Below, in pieces: positions 37,589-45,786 of a stretch of DNA of 59,283 nt. Both the position numbers and the translations under genes were made by a program. Within the stretch, counting starts at the first letter, position 1. Each line of letters begins with the position of its first letter. Below the pieces are notes generated by a model, which was not told the DNA's origin, made no database searches, and saw only the letters and a program-made list of their open reading frames with translations. The stretch is taken from contig JBGAIN010000030.1 of assembly GCA_044225505.1 (NCBI GenBank), positions 1 through 59,283 on the forward strand, read 5' to 3'. Origin of the DNA: Limisphaerales bacterium. GTDB taxonomy: Bacteria > Verrucomicrobiota > Verrucomicrobiia > Limisphaerales > SIBE01.

Positions 37589-37650
37589 TTGATCTACTAT
37601 CAATCCACTATGGTTTCACTATGTTTACATTAAGATATCTTAGTTAAACC
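37589..37650. other. AT-rich element with phased direct repeats and palindromes between convergent genes
   Basis: TTGAT-N5-ATCAA at 37589-37603; YACTAT at 37595, 37606 and 37617 (11-bp period); perfect palindrome TAAGATATCTTA at 37631-37642. Confidence 0.55.
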
Positions 37651-37906
37651 ATCGTTCATTCCCACTTAATACACCCTATAGCAATAGCCGGACAGGGGAA
37701 GAAGAGCGTCAGGCAAGAACCGTTTTAGAAGCGCTAACGTTGCTGCTCGTGAGCCCGGCGCTGAAACCCGCGCCACGGCGGCAACGCCCGCACACCGACC
37801 ATCCTACGGCGCGTTCCTTGTTACCTAGAACGAGTTCGACTGGTGAGCGTCTGCGGCTGGTCTTTCAGATCCAGCCGCACCCCGGTTAAAGCGAGTGAGC
37901 TGATCC

Positions 37907-40321
37907 CTATTCGCCCGCGTCAAACGCAAACAACGTCACACTGCAAGGGGCGACCGAGAGCTTTTCACCGGCGCGTGCGAGCGCCTTTTCCTCGATGGTC
38001 AAGCGCCCAGGCTGGCTCGGATCGTTGTAGACCATCGGATCGGGGTCCGCTATTTGCCAACACTTGCCCGCGCCACTCAGCTTCGCACCGCGCAGGTCAA
38101 ACGGAATCTCGACGGCGTTCTTGGTCGGATTCACCACCCCGATCGTGAGGGTCTTGCGATCAGAACTCCAGGCCGCTTGCGCATCGATGAGCCCGGTGAT
38201 CTCCGTGTGCACGGGCAATTCTCCGAAATGGTGGCGATATAATTTCAGGACCAGCCCAGTGGATTCCAAGGCCGCCGCGGTTTTGCTCGTTTTAATGCAG
38301 CCAATGACATTGACAGTCTGCGCGTAAAAGGCCGACGCCACGATGTCGCTCTGCCGCGCGTATTCGTGCAGACCGGAGGCAATGCCGAGCGCGTCCTTGA
38401 GGAAATAGCGAGTCCCCAGTTCACCGAACACGTGGGGCCCGTACCAATAGTTCCACTCGGTCATCGCGATGCGGATGTCTTTGCCCTTGAGTTCGGGGAT
38501 ATCCTTGCGAGCTTGGCGATGGAACTCGGCTTTGCGGCGAATTTCATTGGCGATCTGCCGGACATGGCCGCGCAGGGCGGGCTGTTCCTGGCAATAAAAG
38601 TGTTCGGCAATGAGATCCATGTGATCGGAGCAGTTCTTCAAAAGCCCGGCACTCCAAGGTCCGCTATTGCCGGACGAGATGCAGATAATGCTCGGGTCGA
38701 CTTCGCGCATTTTATCGACGACCCAGTTCTGCTTGATCTCGTAATGCTCCAGCTTCATGAAGCCGAGCTGCCAGGTTCCCCACATTTCATTGCCGATGCC
38801 CCAATACTTCACGCCAAACGGCTTGGCCGCCCCGTTATCCGCGCGACGGCGCCCCCAAAACGTGTCAGCAGAACCGTTGCAATACTCCAGTTGCCCGGCC
38901 GCCGAATAGGCATCGCCGAATCCCGTGTTCACCGTGATCCACGGTTTGGTATTCACGAGTTCACAGAAGCGGATGAACTCGTGCATCCCGAAATCGTTAT
39001 GTTCCACGCCCGTCCAGGCCGGGTTGGTTCGGGGCGGACGGCGATCGCGATCGCCTACACCGTCGCGCCAGTCGTAACCGCTCACGAAGTTCCCGCCGGG
39101 CCACCGATAGATCGGCGCGTTCAACTGTTTCAATAAGGCAAGGGTGTCCGCACGCATTCCTTCGACATTGTCTCCCGGCATGAGCGACGCCGTTCCGACC
39201 AGCACGTTGCCTTCGCGCGCGTGGATTTCGAAGTCGGCCTTGTCGGTCGCGGTGCCTGCGAGAAACTCAAACCAATAGCGGCGGTAATAATTCGGGATCT
39301 TCTCAATCCGCACGGATTGGGCATCCTTCGTGCCATCGCCCCAGCGAAGGCGGATCTCGGCGACCGCGTTATTTCCGTCCGCGCGTAGCCAGGCGTAGCC
39401 GACATACTTCTCCCCGGCCTTGACTCCCAAATCGCGCTGGCGAAGGCCCGCGCCAGATTCGAGCCGCGGGGTATGCCGCCCGACGAACGGACGGTTGGTC
39501 GACATGGTCACGGCGCTGGCCGAGCCAAGAATCTGCCAAGGGGAAGCACCGACCACTGGGAACGCAGAGTCCCGCAACGAGCGATACGGCTGGTACTTTT
39601 CCGTGATGGGGAAGTAGAACTTGCGATCCTCCAGCATCTCAGCCCAGATCCCGCCGTAGATGCACCGGCCTAGATGTTCGATAAATTGGCTGTAAATGTT
39701 TTCGGAAAGGGGAGCACCGACCTGTTTCGCGTCAATCACCAGACGCGGGGCTGGAACCTCTCGGGTGGCAATCTGTTCCAATCGGACCTCGTCAAACCAG
39801 GCTTTACCCGTGGCCAGGCCCCATCCTCCGAAAAGACAATTGATCTGCAAGCTGTCCTGGTCTTCCACATCGAATTCCACTTCGACGCGCTGCCAATCCG
39901 CCGTCCCAGTAATGGCCTTGGTCGCGGCAGATTCGAGTCCGTGCACATTGAGCAACGCTCCGCGAGCGTTAGGCGCAGCCACGTTCTCGGTCTTGATCCA
40001 GCCGGACAGGCGGTAGCGGGCGAATGGTTCCACGAGCGCGCTGGCACTCCAGCTCGCATCCGCCCCTTGCGTGGAGGCTAACGTGACGCTCCGTTGGCCG
40101 GCATGGGCCGCGGCGTCGGTGCCAAACGTGGCCTCGCCAGCGAACCGTTCCTGGCGCCATTGGCGTGGACGCCCAGTCTCTCCCTCTTCAAACGAGGCAT
40201 TGCGCAGGAAGTTCTGCGTGGTGGCAGTTTCCGCCGCACGCAGGTCGCTGGCCAGCGAAGCGGCGCATAGCCCAGCGAGGAGGGCAGCGGCGAGTCGAGA
40301 ATGGAAACGGGCGGTGCTCAT
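37907..40321 (-). CDS. GH51 alpha-L-arabinofuranosidase with N-terminal CBM4/9-like module
   Basis: Signal peptide; NASFEEG; SQFIEHLGRCIYGG, RWPGGNF, WGIGNEMWG, MTEWN, AQTVNVI. Confidence 0.93.
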   Translation of the reverse strand: MSTARFHSRLAAALLAGLCAASLASDLRAAETATTQNFLRNASFEEGETGRPRQWRQERFAGEATFGTDAAAHAGQRSVTLASTQGADASWSASALVEPFARYRLSGWIKTENVAAPNARGALLNVHGLESAATKAITGTADWQRVEVEFDVEDQDSLQINCLFGGWGLATGKAWFDEVRLEQIATREVPAPRLVIDAKQVGAPLSENIYSQFIEHLGRCIYGGIWAEMLEDRKFYFPITEKYQPYRSLRDSAFPVVGASPWQILGSASAVTMSTNRPFVGRHTPRLESGAGLRQRDLGVKAGEKYVGYAWLRADGNNAVAEIRLRWGDGTKDAQSVRIEKIPNYYRRYWFEFLAGTATDKADFEIHAREGNVLVGTASLMPGDNVEGMRADTLALLKQLNAPIYRWPGGNFVSGYDWRDGVGDRDRRPPRTNPAWTGVEHNDFGMHEFIRFCELVNTKPWITVNTGFGDAYSAAGQLEYCNGSADTFWGRRRADNGAAKPFGVKYWGIGNEMWGTWQLGFMKLEHYEIKQNWVVDKMREVDPSIICISSGNSGPWSAGLLKNCSDHMDLIAEHFYCQEQPALRGHVRQIANEIRRKAEFHRQARKDIPELKGKDIRIAMTEWNYWYGPHVFGELGTRYFLKDALGIASGLHEYARQSDIVASAFYAQTVNVIGCIKTSKTAAALESTGLVLKLYRHHFGELPVHTEITGLIDAQAAWSSDRKTLTIGVVNPTKNAVEIPFDLRGAKLSGAGKCWQIADPDPMVYNDPSQPGRLTIEEKALARAGEKLSVAPCSVTLFAFDAGE

Positions 40322-40334
40322 GGTTAGGTTTAGC

Positions 40335-42404
40335 TTAACGGGTTCTAAGACGCAAGACCGTCACAGACACGGGTTTAAAGGAGTACTCGAACGAAGGGTC
40401 GGCCGGAGGCACGAGAACCGATTGCGGCGCGACGTGGCGAGGTATCTGCAAGCTGTTCTGCGCCTGGAGATCAGCGCTGGCCAGCACCAGGCCCGTCCCT
40501 TTGCGCACGCGCGTCACTCCGTCGAGATGAATCACGCTGGTGACAATTTGGCTCGTTGCGTTCACGACTTTGACAAGGACCTCGCCAGATTTGGCATCGC
40601 GACTGGCACTGGCGTAAAAGCGAGGTTCACCCGTCGGCATGGTCGGCACGCCGCTGAGCCGTGTGGGCAACAAGACATCCCCACGGTTCCGCGAGAAGAG
40701 CTGTTGCACATAGTAGTTGGGAGTTCCGTAAACCCCAACGTTGTCGAACCAGATCAGATTCGGGGTCCATTGCCAGGCATCGACATGCGCCAGCAGCGGC
40801 GCGTAGGAGGACATCACCACCACGTCGGCGTTCCGTTCCAACCCGATCATATAAGCGGCTTCGGCCAAGGCGCATTCCCACGTATTGCGATTGTCCGGGC
40901 TGACCGTTTTGACGCTCTGGGCTGCGTATTCTCCCATGAAGACCTTCGGACCGGACCGATCGTAATGATCGTAGCGAGTGGTGTTGTTCAGAAACCAATC
41001 CGGGCGGGCGTAGCAATGTTCGTCCACGATATCCGCTTTGAGCTCGCGGAGCTTCGGCCAGGCAAAGGCGAACTTGTCGTCCGCGGGTCCTGGACCGGCG
41101 CTGGAGATCAATTGAATCTCGGGGTGAGCAGCCTTTAAAGCGGTGGCAAATCGCGCGTAACGCTCGATGTACTGCGGTCCCCATTGTTCATTGCCAATGC
41201 CCAATAGATTCATCGTGAACGGCCGCGGATGTCCCATCTCCGCGCGACGGCGGCCCCAGGGGGTGGTAGGCGCGCCCTTGGCAAACTCAATGAGATCGAG
41301 CGCATCTTGAATGTAAGGATCCAATCCATCCAAGGGAACCAGCTCGCCAGTGTTGAACTGGCAAGCCATTCCGCAGTTCAGAATGGGCAACGGCTCCGCG
41401 CCGATGTCTTCACACATCTGGAAGAATTCGAAAAAGCCAAGTCCGAATGATTGGAAGTAATCGGGCGCCGGCCGGTGTTTGAATTCGTCATTCCAGCGAT
41501 TGATCTTGCCGCGACGATCGGCCGACGGGCCGATCGTGGCTTTCCAATCGTAACGCTTGCTCAAGTCGCGTCCTTCCACAATACAGCCGCCCGGAAAACG
41601 AACGAACCCGGGCTTGAGATCGGCCAGCATTTGCACCAAATCCGCCCGCAAACCCTCGGGCCGCCCTCGCCAAGTCTTTTCCGGGAAGAGCGAGACCATG
41701 TCGAGGTCGACCGCCCCTGCGCCCTGTGCAATCACGCGCAGTTCGGCATCGGCTTCGGTCGTCTTCGGACGCAGCGTCGCCGTGCGGCGAGCCCAAGCGG
41801 GTGTGAATCGCTTAAGGTGCTCTTGAGCCAGGATCGTTCCGTCCGGCCGCACCAGTAACACATGCAGTTCTACAGCCGCCGGATGGGGCGTGCGTGCGAG
41901 AACGGAAAATCGATATCTCTCCCCAGCGCGGACGCTCAACTGTCGGAAACCACGATTTCCGATGCTTGCCGGTTGATCGGGGCTGGCTTGGAGGTGGAGG
42001 TAATGCTGGTTGGTAGCGCTAGGCGCGTTGTCTTCAAGTATAGTGACGGCTCGCGATTGGGCCAGGCCCGCTGGGACAGTCCAACCCATGAGCGGGTCGG
42101 GGAACTCAAACGAGCGATTTTTGACCAGTTCGCCGTAGAGGCCGCCATCGGCGCCAAAGTTGATATCTTCAAAGAATATTCCCCACATCGTGGGACGGAT
42201 GGCCGCTCCGGGGTGCGCGACATCTACCGTCATGGTAACAGCCGGCGCGGCCGCGCGCGCCGATCCTGAGGTCCACACAGTGAGTGCCAGGGACCAGGCC
42301 AAAACCCTCCTCCATGCGACTGTGGGACGCCGCCGTGCTCCCTCCGCGCGGACCCAGGAAAGGTCCCGCGGGCCGACGGTGAATGCTAGCGCAGTTCTCG
42401 ACAT
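40335..42404 (-). CDS. GH51 alpha-L-arabinofuranosidase (second, divergent subtype)
   Basis: GIFFEDINFGADGGLYGELVKNRSFE, RFPGGCIVEG, GIGNEQWG, VDEHCY, FMGEYA, SYAPL. Start trimmed to ATG 42404 to avoid overlap with the regulator. Confidence 0.93.
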   Translation of the reverse strand: MSRTALAFTVGPRDLSWVRAEGARRRPTVAWRRVLAWSLALTVWTSGSARAAAPAVTMTVDVAHPGAAIRPTMWGIFFEDINFGADGGLYGELVKNRSFEFPDPLMGWTVPAGLAQSRAVTILEDNAPSATNQHYLHLQASPDQPASIGNRGFRQLSVRAGERYRFSVLARTPHPAAVELHVLLVRPDGTILAQEHLKRFTPAWARRTATLRPKTTEADAELRVIAQGAGAVDLDMVSLFPEKTWRGRPEGLRADLVQMLADLKPGFVRFPGGCIVEGRDLSKRYDWKATIGPSADRRGKINRWNDEFKHRPAPDYFQSFGLGFFEFFQMCEDIGAEPLPILNCGMACQFNTGELVPLDGLDPYIQDALDLIEFAKGAPTTPWGRRRAEMGHPRPFTMNLLGIGNEQWGPQYIERYARFATALKAAHPEIQLISSAGPGPADDKFAFAWPKLRELKADIVDEHCYARPDWFLNNTTRYDHYDRSGPKVFMGEYAAQSVKTVSPDNRNTWECALAEAAYMIGLERNADVVVMSSYAPLLAHVDAWQWTPNLIWFDNVGVYGTPNYYVQQLFSRNRGDVLLPTRLSGVPTMPTGEPRFYASASRDAKSGEVLVKVVNATSQIVTSVIHLDGVTRVRKGTGLVLASADLQAQNSLQIPRHVAPQSVLVPPADPSFEYSFKPVSVTVLRLRTR

Positions 42405-42448
42405 AGGCAGTGTGTGTGGGGGAATTCTACTTGACGGCTCGGGAAGCC

Positions 42449-42466
42449 CAACGCCAATTTGCGTTG
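42449..42466. promoter_or_regulatory. Inverted repeat in the divergent GH51/regulator promoter region
   Basis: CAACGC-CAATTT-GCGTTG within an 83-bp intergenic gap. Confidence 0.4.
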
Positions 42467-42487
42467 AAATTCCGCCACTTTGCGAAC

Positions 42488-43663
42488 ATGAAAACTCAGG
42501 CCCGCCCGCGCTCGCGCCGAGGCATCCCGCGCATTGTGCTTTTGATCGAATCGTCGCGCTCTTCCGGACGCAGTCTCCTGCGCGGCATCGCCAATTATGC
42601 GCGAGAGCATGGACCCTGGGCGTTCTCATGGGAACCAGGAGGGTTGGAAAAAGCCTTGCCTCAGCTGGAGACGATCGGGGCGGATGGAATCATCTTGCGG
42701 GACGGGGAGAACATGGAGGAGGTGCTCCGGTATCGGATGCCCGCCGTCGTGGTGGGGCATCGCCAGCGGGAAATTGCCGGATTGGCCAACGTGATTACCG
42801 ATTCGGAGGCTATTGGCCACATGGCTGCCGAGCATCTCTTGAACTGCGGCTTTCGCCATTTTGCGTATTGTGGTTTCGACGATATGCCCTGGTCGGCGTT
42901 GCGGGGGCAAAGCTTTCAGACTCGCCTGGCGAAGGCTGGGTTCACCACACAGTTCTGCCCTCCAGGCGCCGCCGCTCGGGAATTCAACGGACGCCGTCAT
43001 GACCAATTGCTGCTCAACTGGCTGAAATCGCTTCCCAAGCCGTTAGGCATTATGGCGTGCAACGATGATCGGGGCGAACAAGTGATTGAAGCGTGCAAGA
43101 TCGCTGGCCTGCAAGTTCCCGATGAAGTCGCAATTATCGGCGCGGACAACGATGATCTTCTGTGCGACCTCTCGGATCCACCGATGTCCAGCGTCGCGAT
43201 CAACTTCGAAAGGGCTGGATACGAGAGTGCCGAGGTGCTCGACCGTTTGATGCAGCGGCGACGCGTTCGCCAATGGAAGATCTTAGTCCCAGCGACTCAC
43301 GTGGTGCCGAGGCGCTCGACGGACATTGTGGCCGTCGAGGACCTCCAACTCGCGAATGCGTTGAAGTTCATTCGGAGCCACGCTTCGCAAGTGATTGCCG
43401 TACCGGACGTCGCGCACGCGGCCGGTTTGTCCAGAAGGGTGCTCGAAAAGCGCTTCCAGAAACACCTCCGCCGCTCGGTTTTGAGCGAGATTCGTCGGGT
43501 GCGCGTGGGTGAGATTTGCCGTCAACTCGTTGAGACGAGCGATTCGATCGGTCAAATCGGCCAAACCCTCGGATATGCCGGAACGGAACATCTAGCCCGC
43601 TATTTTCGACAAGAAAAGCAAATGACACCATTGGCGTATCGACGGCGTTATGGCCAAAAGTGA
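42488..43663 (+). CDS. XylR-type transcriptional regulator (periplasmic-binding-protein-like sensor plus C-terminal AraC HTH)
   Basis: LLRGIANYA, LPKPLGIMACND, VPDEVAIIGADND, LSRRVLEKRF, RYFRQEKQMTPLAYR; ATG at 42488. Confidence 0.92.
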   Translation: MKTQARPRSRRGIPRIVLLIESSRSSGRSLLRGIANYAREHGPWAFSWEPGGLEKALPQLETIGADGIILRDGENMEEVLRYRMPAVVVGHRQREIAGLANVITDSEAIGHMAAEHLLNCGFRHFAYCGFDDMPWSALRGQSFQTRLAKAGFTTQFCPPGAAAREFNGRRHDQLLLNWLKSLPKPLGIMACNDDRGEQVIEACKIAGLQVPDEVAIIGADNDDLLCDLSDPPMSSVAINFERAGYESAEVLDRLMQRRRVRQWKILVPATHVVPRRSTDIVAVEDLQLANALKFIRSHASQVIAVPDVAHAAGLSRRVLEKRFQKHLRRSVLSEIRRVRVGEICRQLVETSDSIGQIGQTLGYAGTEHLARYFRQEKQMTPLAYRRRYGQK

Positions 43664-43743
43664 AGCTAGTCCGCCCCTTGTGGGCGTTCCGGCCAAGCGC
43701 GCCGTTGGGCCGGGCCAGCAAGTGCAGAAGCGGATTTTCGGTA

Positions 43744-43816
43744 TGCGCCAGACCACTTATCGTTCGCAAAATGGTCTTTCTTTACCGCAACCTGGCGTTG
43801 CAATTCTTGATACGAT
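43744..43816 (+). promoter_or_regulatory. Candidate activator-dependent promoter of the prepilin-like gene
   Basis: Imperfect direct repeat TGCGCCA/TTCGCAA at 43744 and 43763; extended -10 TG-A-TACGAT at 43808-43816; poor -35. Confidence 0.4.
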
Positions 43817-43947
43817 AGCGAGAATAGGATCATAGCCCGTTCCGCACCGGTATGCGCAGGTCAGCTATCTGCAGTCTATAGGAACGACGGGCGCTGGCGT
43901 CTTCTGCGCAAGCGGTCCGAAGCACTAACTTTGTCTCAACTGAACGT

Positions 43948-44718
43948 ATGGGTATGAACTTTGACGTGCATCGTCGCAAAGGCTTTACGCTGATCGAACT
44001 GCTGGTGGTCATCGCGATTATAGCGATTCTGGCGGGCATGCTGTTGCCCGCGCTCTCCAAAGCCAAGAGCAAGGCCATTAAAATAAAGTGCGCCAGCAAT
44101 TTGAAGCAACTCGGAATCGCGTCGCTGATGTATGCACACGATTCGAATGACTGGTTTCCTCTGCTCCAGGATCCCGTCACCAAGTCGGTGGGGGCCTGGC
44201 CGTGGGACATCCCCGCTTACGTCGCCAACCTGCTCACCTCCAATGGCGGTCAACGTCACGTCCTGTACTGTCCTGGCTTCGCCAAACAGGATAACGACGA
44301 ACTCTGGAAGTTTACCACGGACTCGGTAACCGAAACCACCCGGAGCAACACGGGCTATCGCGTGGCCGGATACCAATTCGCCTGGAAATTCGCGGGACGG
44401 GTCGTGGAAACCAATATCACCGAAAGCCTAAATCCGAAGCCGTGGAAGTTGACCGGCGGTATCGATTACAATCCGGGTCCGTCCGAACGGACGATCATTG
44501 CGGACGGAACGCTCTCGATGGGAAGTAATCTCAAGGAGCGGAATAAGAATCGTTACGTCAAAGTGGACGGCGGTTGGCGTGGTCATCAAGCGCCGCATCT
44601 CGGAGCTCGGCAGATGCCGGAAGGTGGCAATCTCCTTTACGGGGACGGTCATGTGGCATGGACGAAGTTCGATAAGATGGTCGTTCGAACCACGGGCGAT
44701 CCGGCTTTTTGGTGGTAA
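43948..44718 (+). CDS. Prepilin-type N-terminal cleavage/methylation protein with C-terminal H-X9-DG-like motif (DUF1559-like)
   Basis: [53 protein letters not shown]. Confidence 0.92.
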   Translation: MGMNFDVHRRKGFTLIELLVVIAIIAILAGMLLPALSKAKSKAIKIKCASNLKQLGIASLMYAHDSNDWFPLLQDPVTKSVGAWPWDIPAYVANLLTSNGGQRHVLYCPGFAKQDNDELWKFTTDSVTETTRSNTGYRVAGYQFAWKFAGRVVETNITESLNPKPWKLTGGIDYNPGPSERTIIADGTLSMGSNLKERNKNRYVKVDGGWRGHQAPHLGARQMPEGGNLLYGDGHVAWTKFDKMVVRTTGDPAFWW

Positions 44719-44778
44719 GCGGCCCACTCACCGCCGCTCGTCTATTCCCGGTCGGGCGCTTTATTGGACAGCCTGCGT

Positions 44779-45786
44779 TTAGGCAGGAACGACCCAGCGT
44801 CGGCATCGCGGCAGATACAGCGCGGCGGTTGTTTTGTTTTCCCCTTTCAGGATGAAGCTGACATTCCCTTGCCAGGCCGGTTCTGCAATCATGACGAGAG
44901 CGTCGAGATGCGGTACGACGTGGACTTCGTGCCGGCGAACCTGATCCAAACGACGTCGGGTATGCTCGGCCTGGGCCGCCGCCAACCGATCCTGAACCTT
45001 GATCTTGGCACTGTCCGCGTGAGAACGCCGAGCGCGAGCGGTCAATTCTTTCTCGTAGGAATCAAAGTATTGATCGATGCGCTCGAGTTCACGGCGAAGG
45101 TACTGTTGCTGCCGCGCTCGAATGGCGAGGAGATCCGGCTCTAACTCGAGCGCAAAAGCTTCATTCAACCAGACGCGCCAAAGGTTCAGATCGGGCCGAG
45201 GCCAATCGAGCTTGGCGGGAGCAGGGGTCAATTCGACAAAGTCGAGGCTGGCGGGAAGAGTTTCGTCTCGTAGATGATTCACCAACGAGATCGCCAGGCG
45301 ATGCAATGCCCAATGCTGGTCGATCGCTTGGATCTCGCAGCGCGCCAGCACCAGGAGTGAGAAATGCCAGCTCGCTGTCAGGTTGCCCAGCAATCGCCAT
45401 CGACCAGAGCCTGGAAACTCAGCATGCCACAGGCGTTCCGCCGCCTCCAGGGTTGGAGCTTTGCCCCCGTCCGGGAGATGAAGGGCCGCCCGCTCCAATG
45501 GAAGGGGTTTAGGGCGAAGCTCCTCAGCCAATTTAAACGTGAGGGGGCAACCTGGAAACACCTCGTCATCCGCATGCCGCGGCGCGGTGTCGTTCGCTGG
45601 CACAAAGCGGATTTCCCGCTCTATCAACCCTCCTGCAGGATCCCAAAGCTGTGCCGGCTTGCCTTCAGCGACCACTTGCAGCTTGTCATGCCAGGTCCGC
45701 TCACAGATGGCCCCCGTCGCGTTCAACCCTTCTTCGAAGAAATCGAGAAGCGCAGAGGGCGAATGCTCAAGCCGGGTCAGTTTCAT
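44779..45786 (-). CDS. Hypothetical protein coupled to the SNF2 helicase (possibly YqhG-like)
   Basis: 335-aa ORF with ATGA overlap on the helicase stop; C-terminal coiled coil RRELERIDQYFDSYEKEL. Confidence 0.75.
   Translation of the reverse strand: MKLTRLEHSPSALLDFFEEGLNATGAICERTWHDKLQVVAEGKPAQLWDPAGGLIEREIRFVPANDTAPRHADDEVFPGCPLTFKLAEELRPKPLPLERAALHLPDGGKAPTLEAAERLWHAEFPGSGRWRLLGNLTASWHFSLLVLARCEIQAIDQHWALHRLAISLVNHLRDETLPASLDFVELTPAPAKLDWPRPDLNLWRVWLNEAFALELEPDLLAIRARQQQYLRRELERIDQYFDSYEKELTARARRSHADSAKIKVQDRLAAAQAEHTRRRLDQVRRHEVHVVPHLDALVMIAEPAWQGNVSFILKGENKTTAALYLPRCRRWVVPA

Noticed and set aside
37400..37603. 67-aa minus-strand ORF in the typA gap
   Set aside because: TTG start, runs through the typA terminator, no recognisable features.
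37589..37603. TTGAT-N5-ATCAA read as a second FNR box
   Set aside because: The spacer is 5 nt instead of 4 and no gene start is nearby; kept only as part of the AT-rich element.
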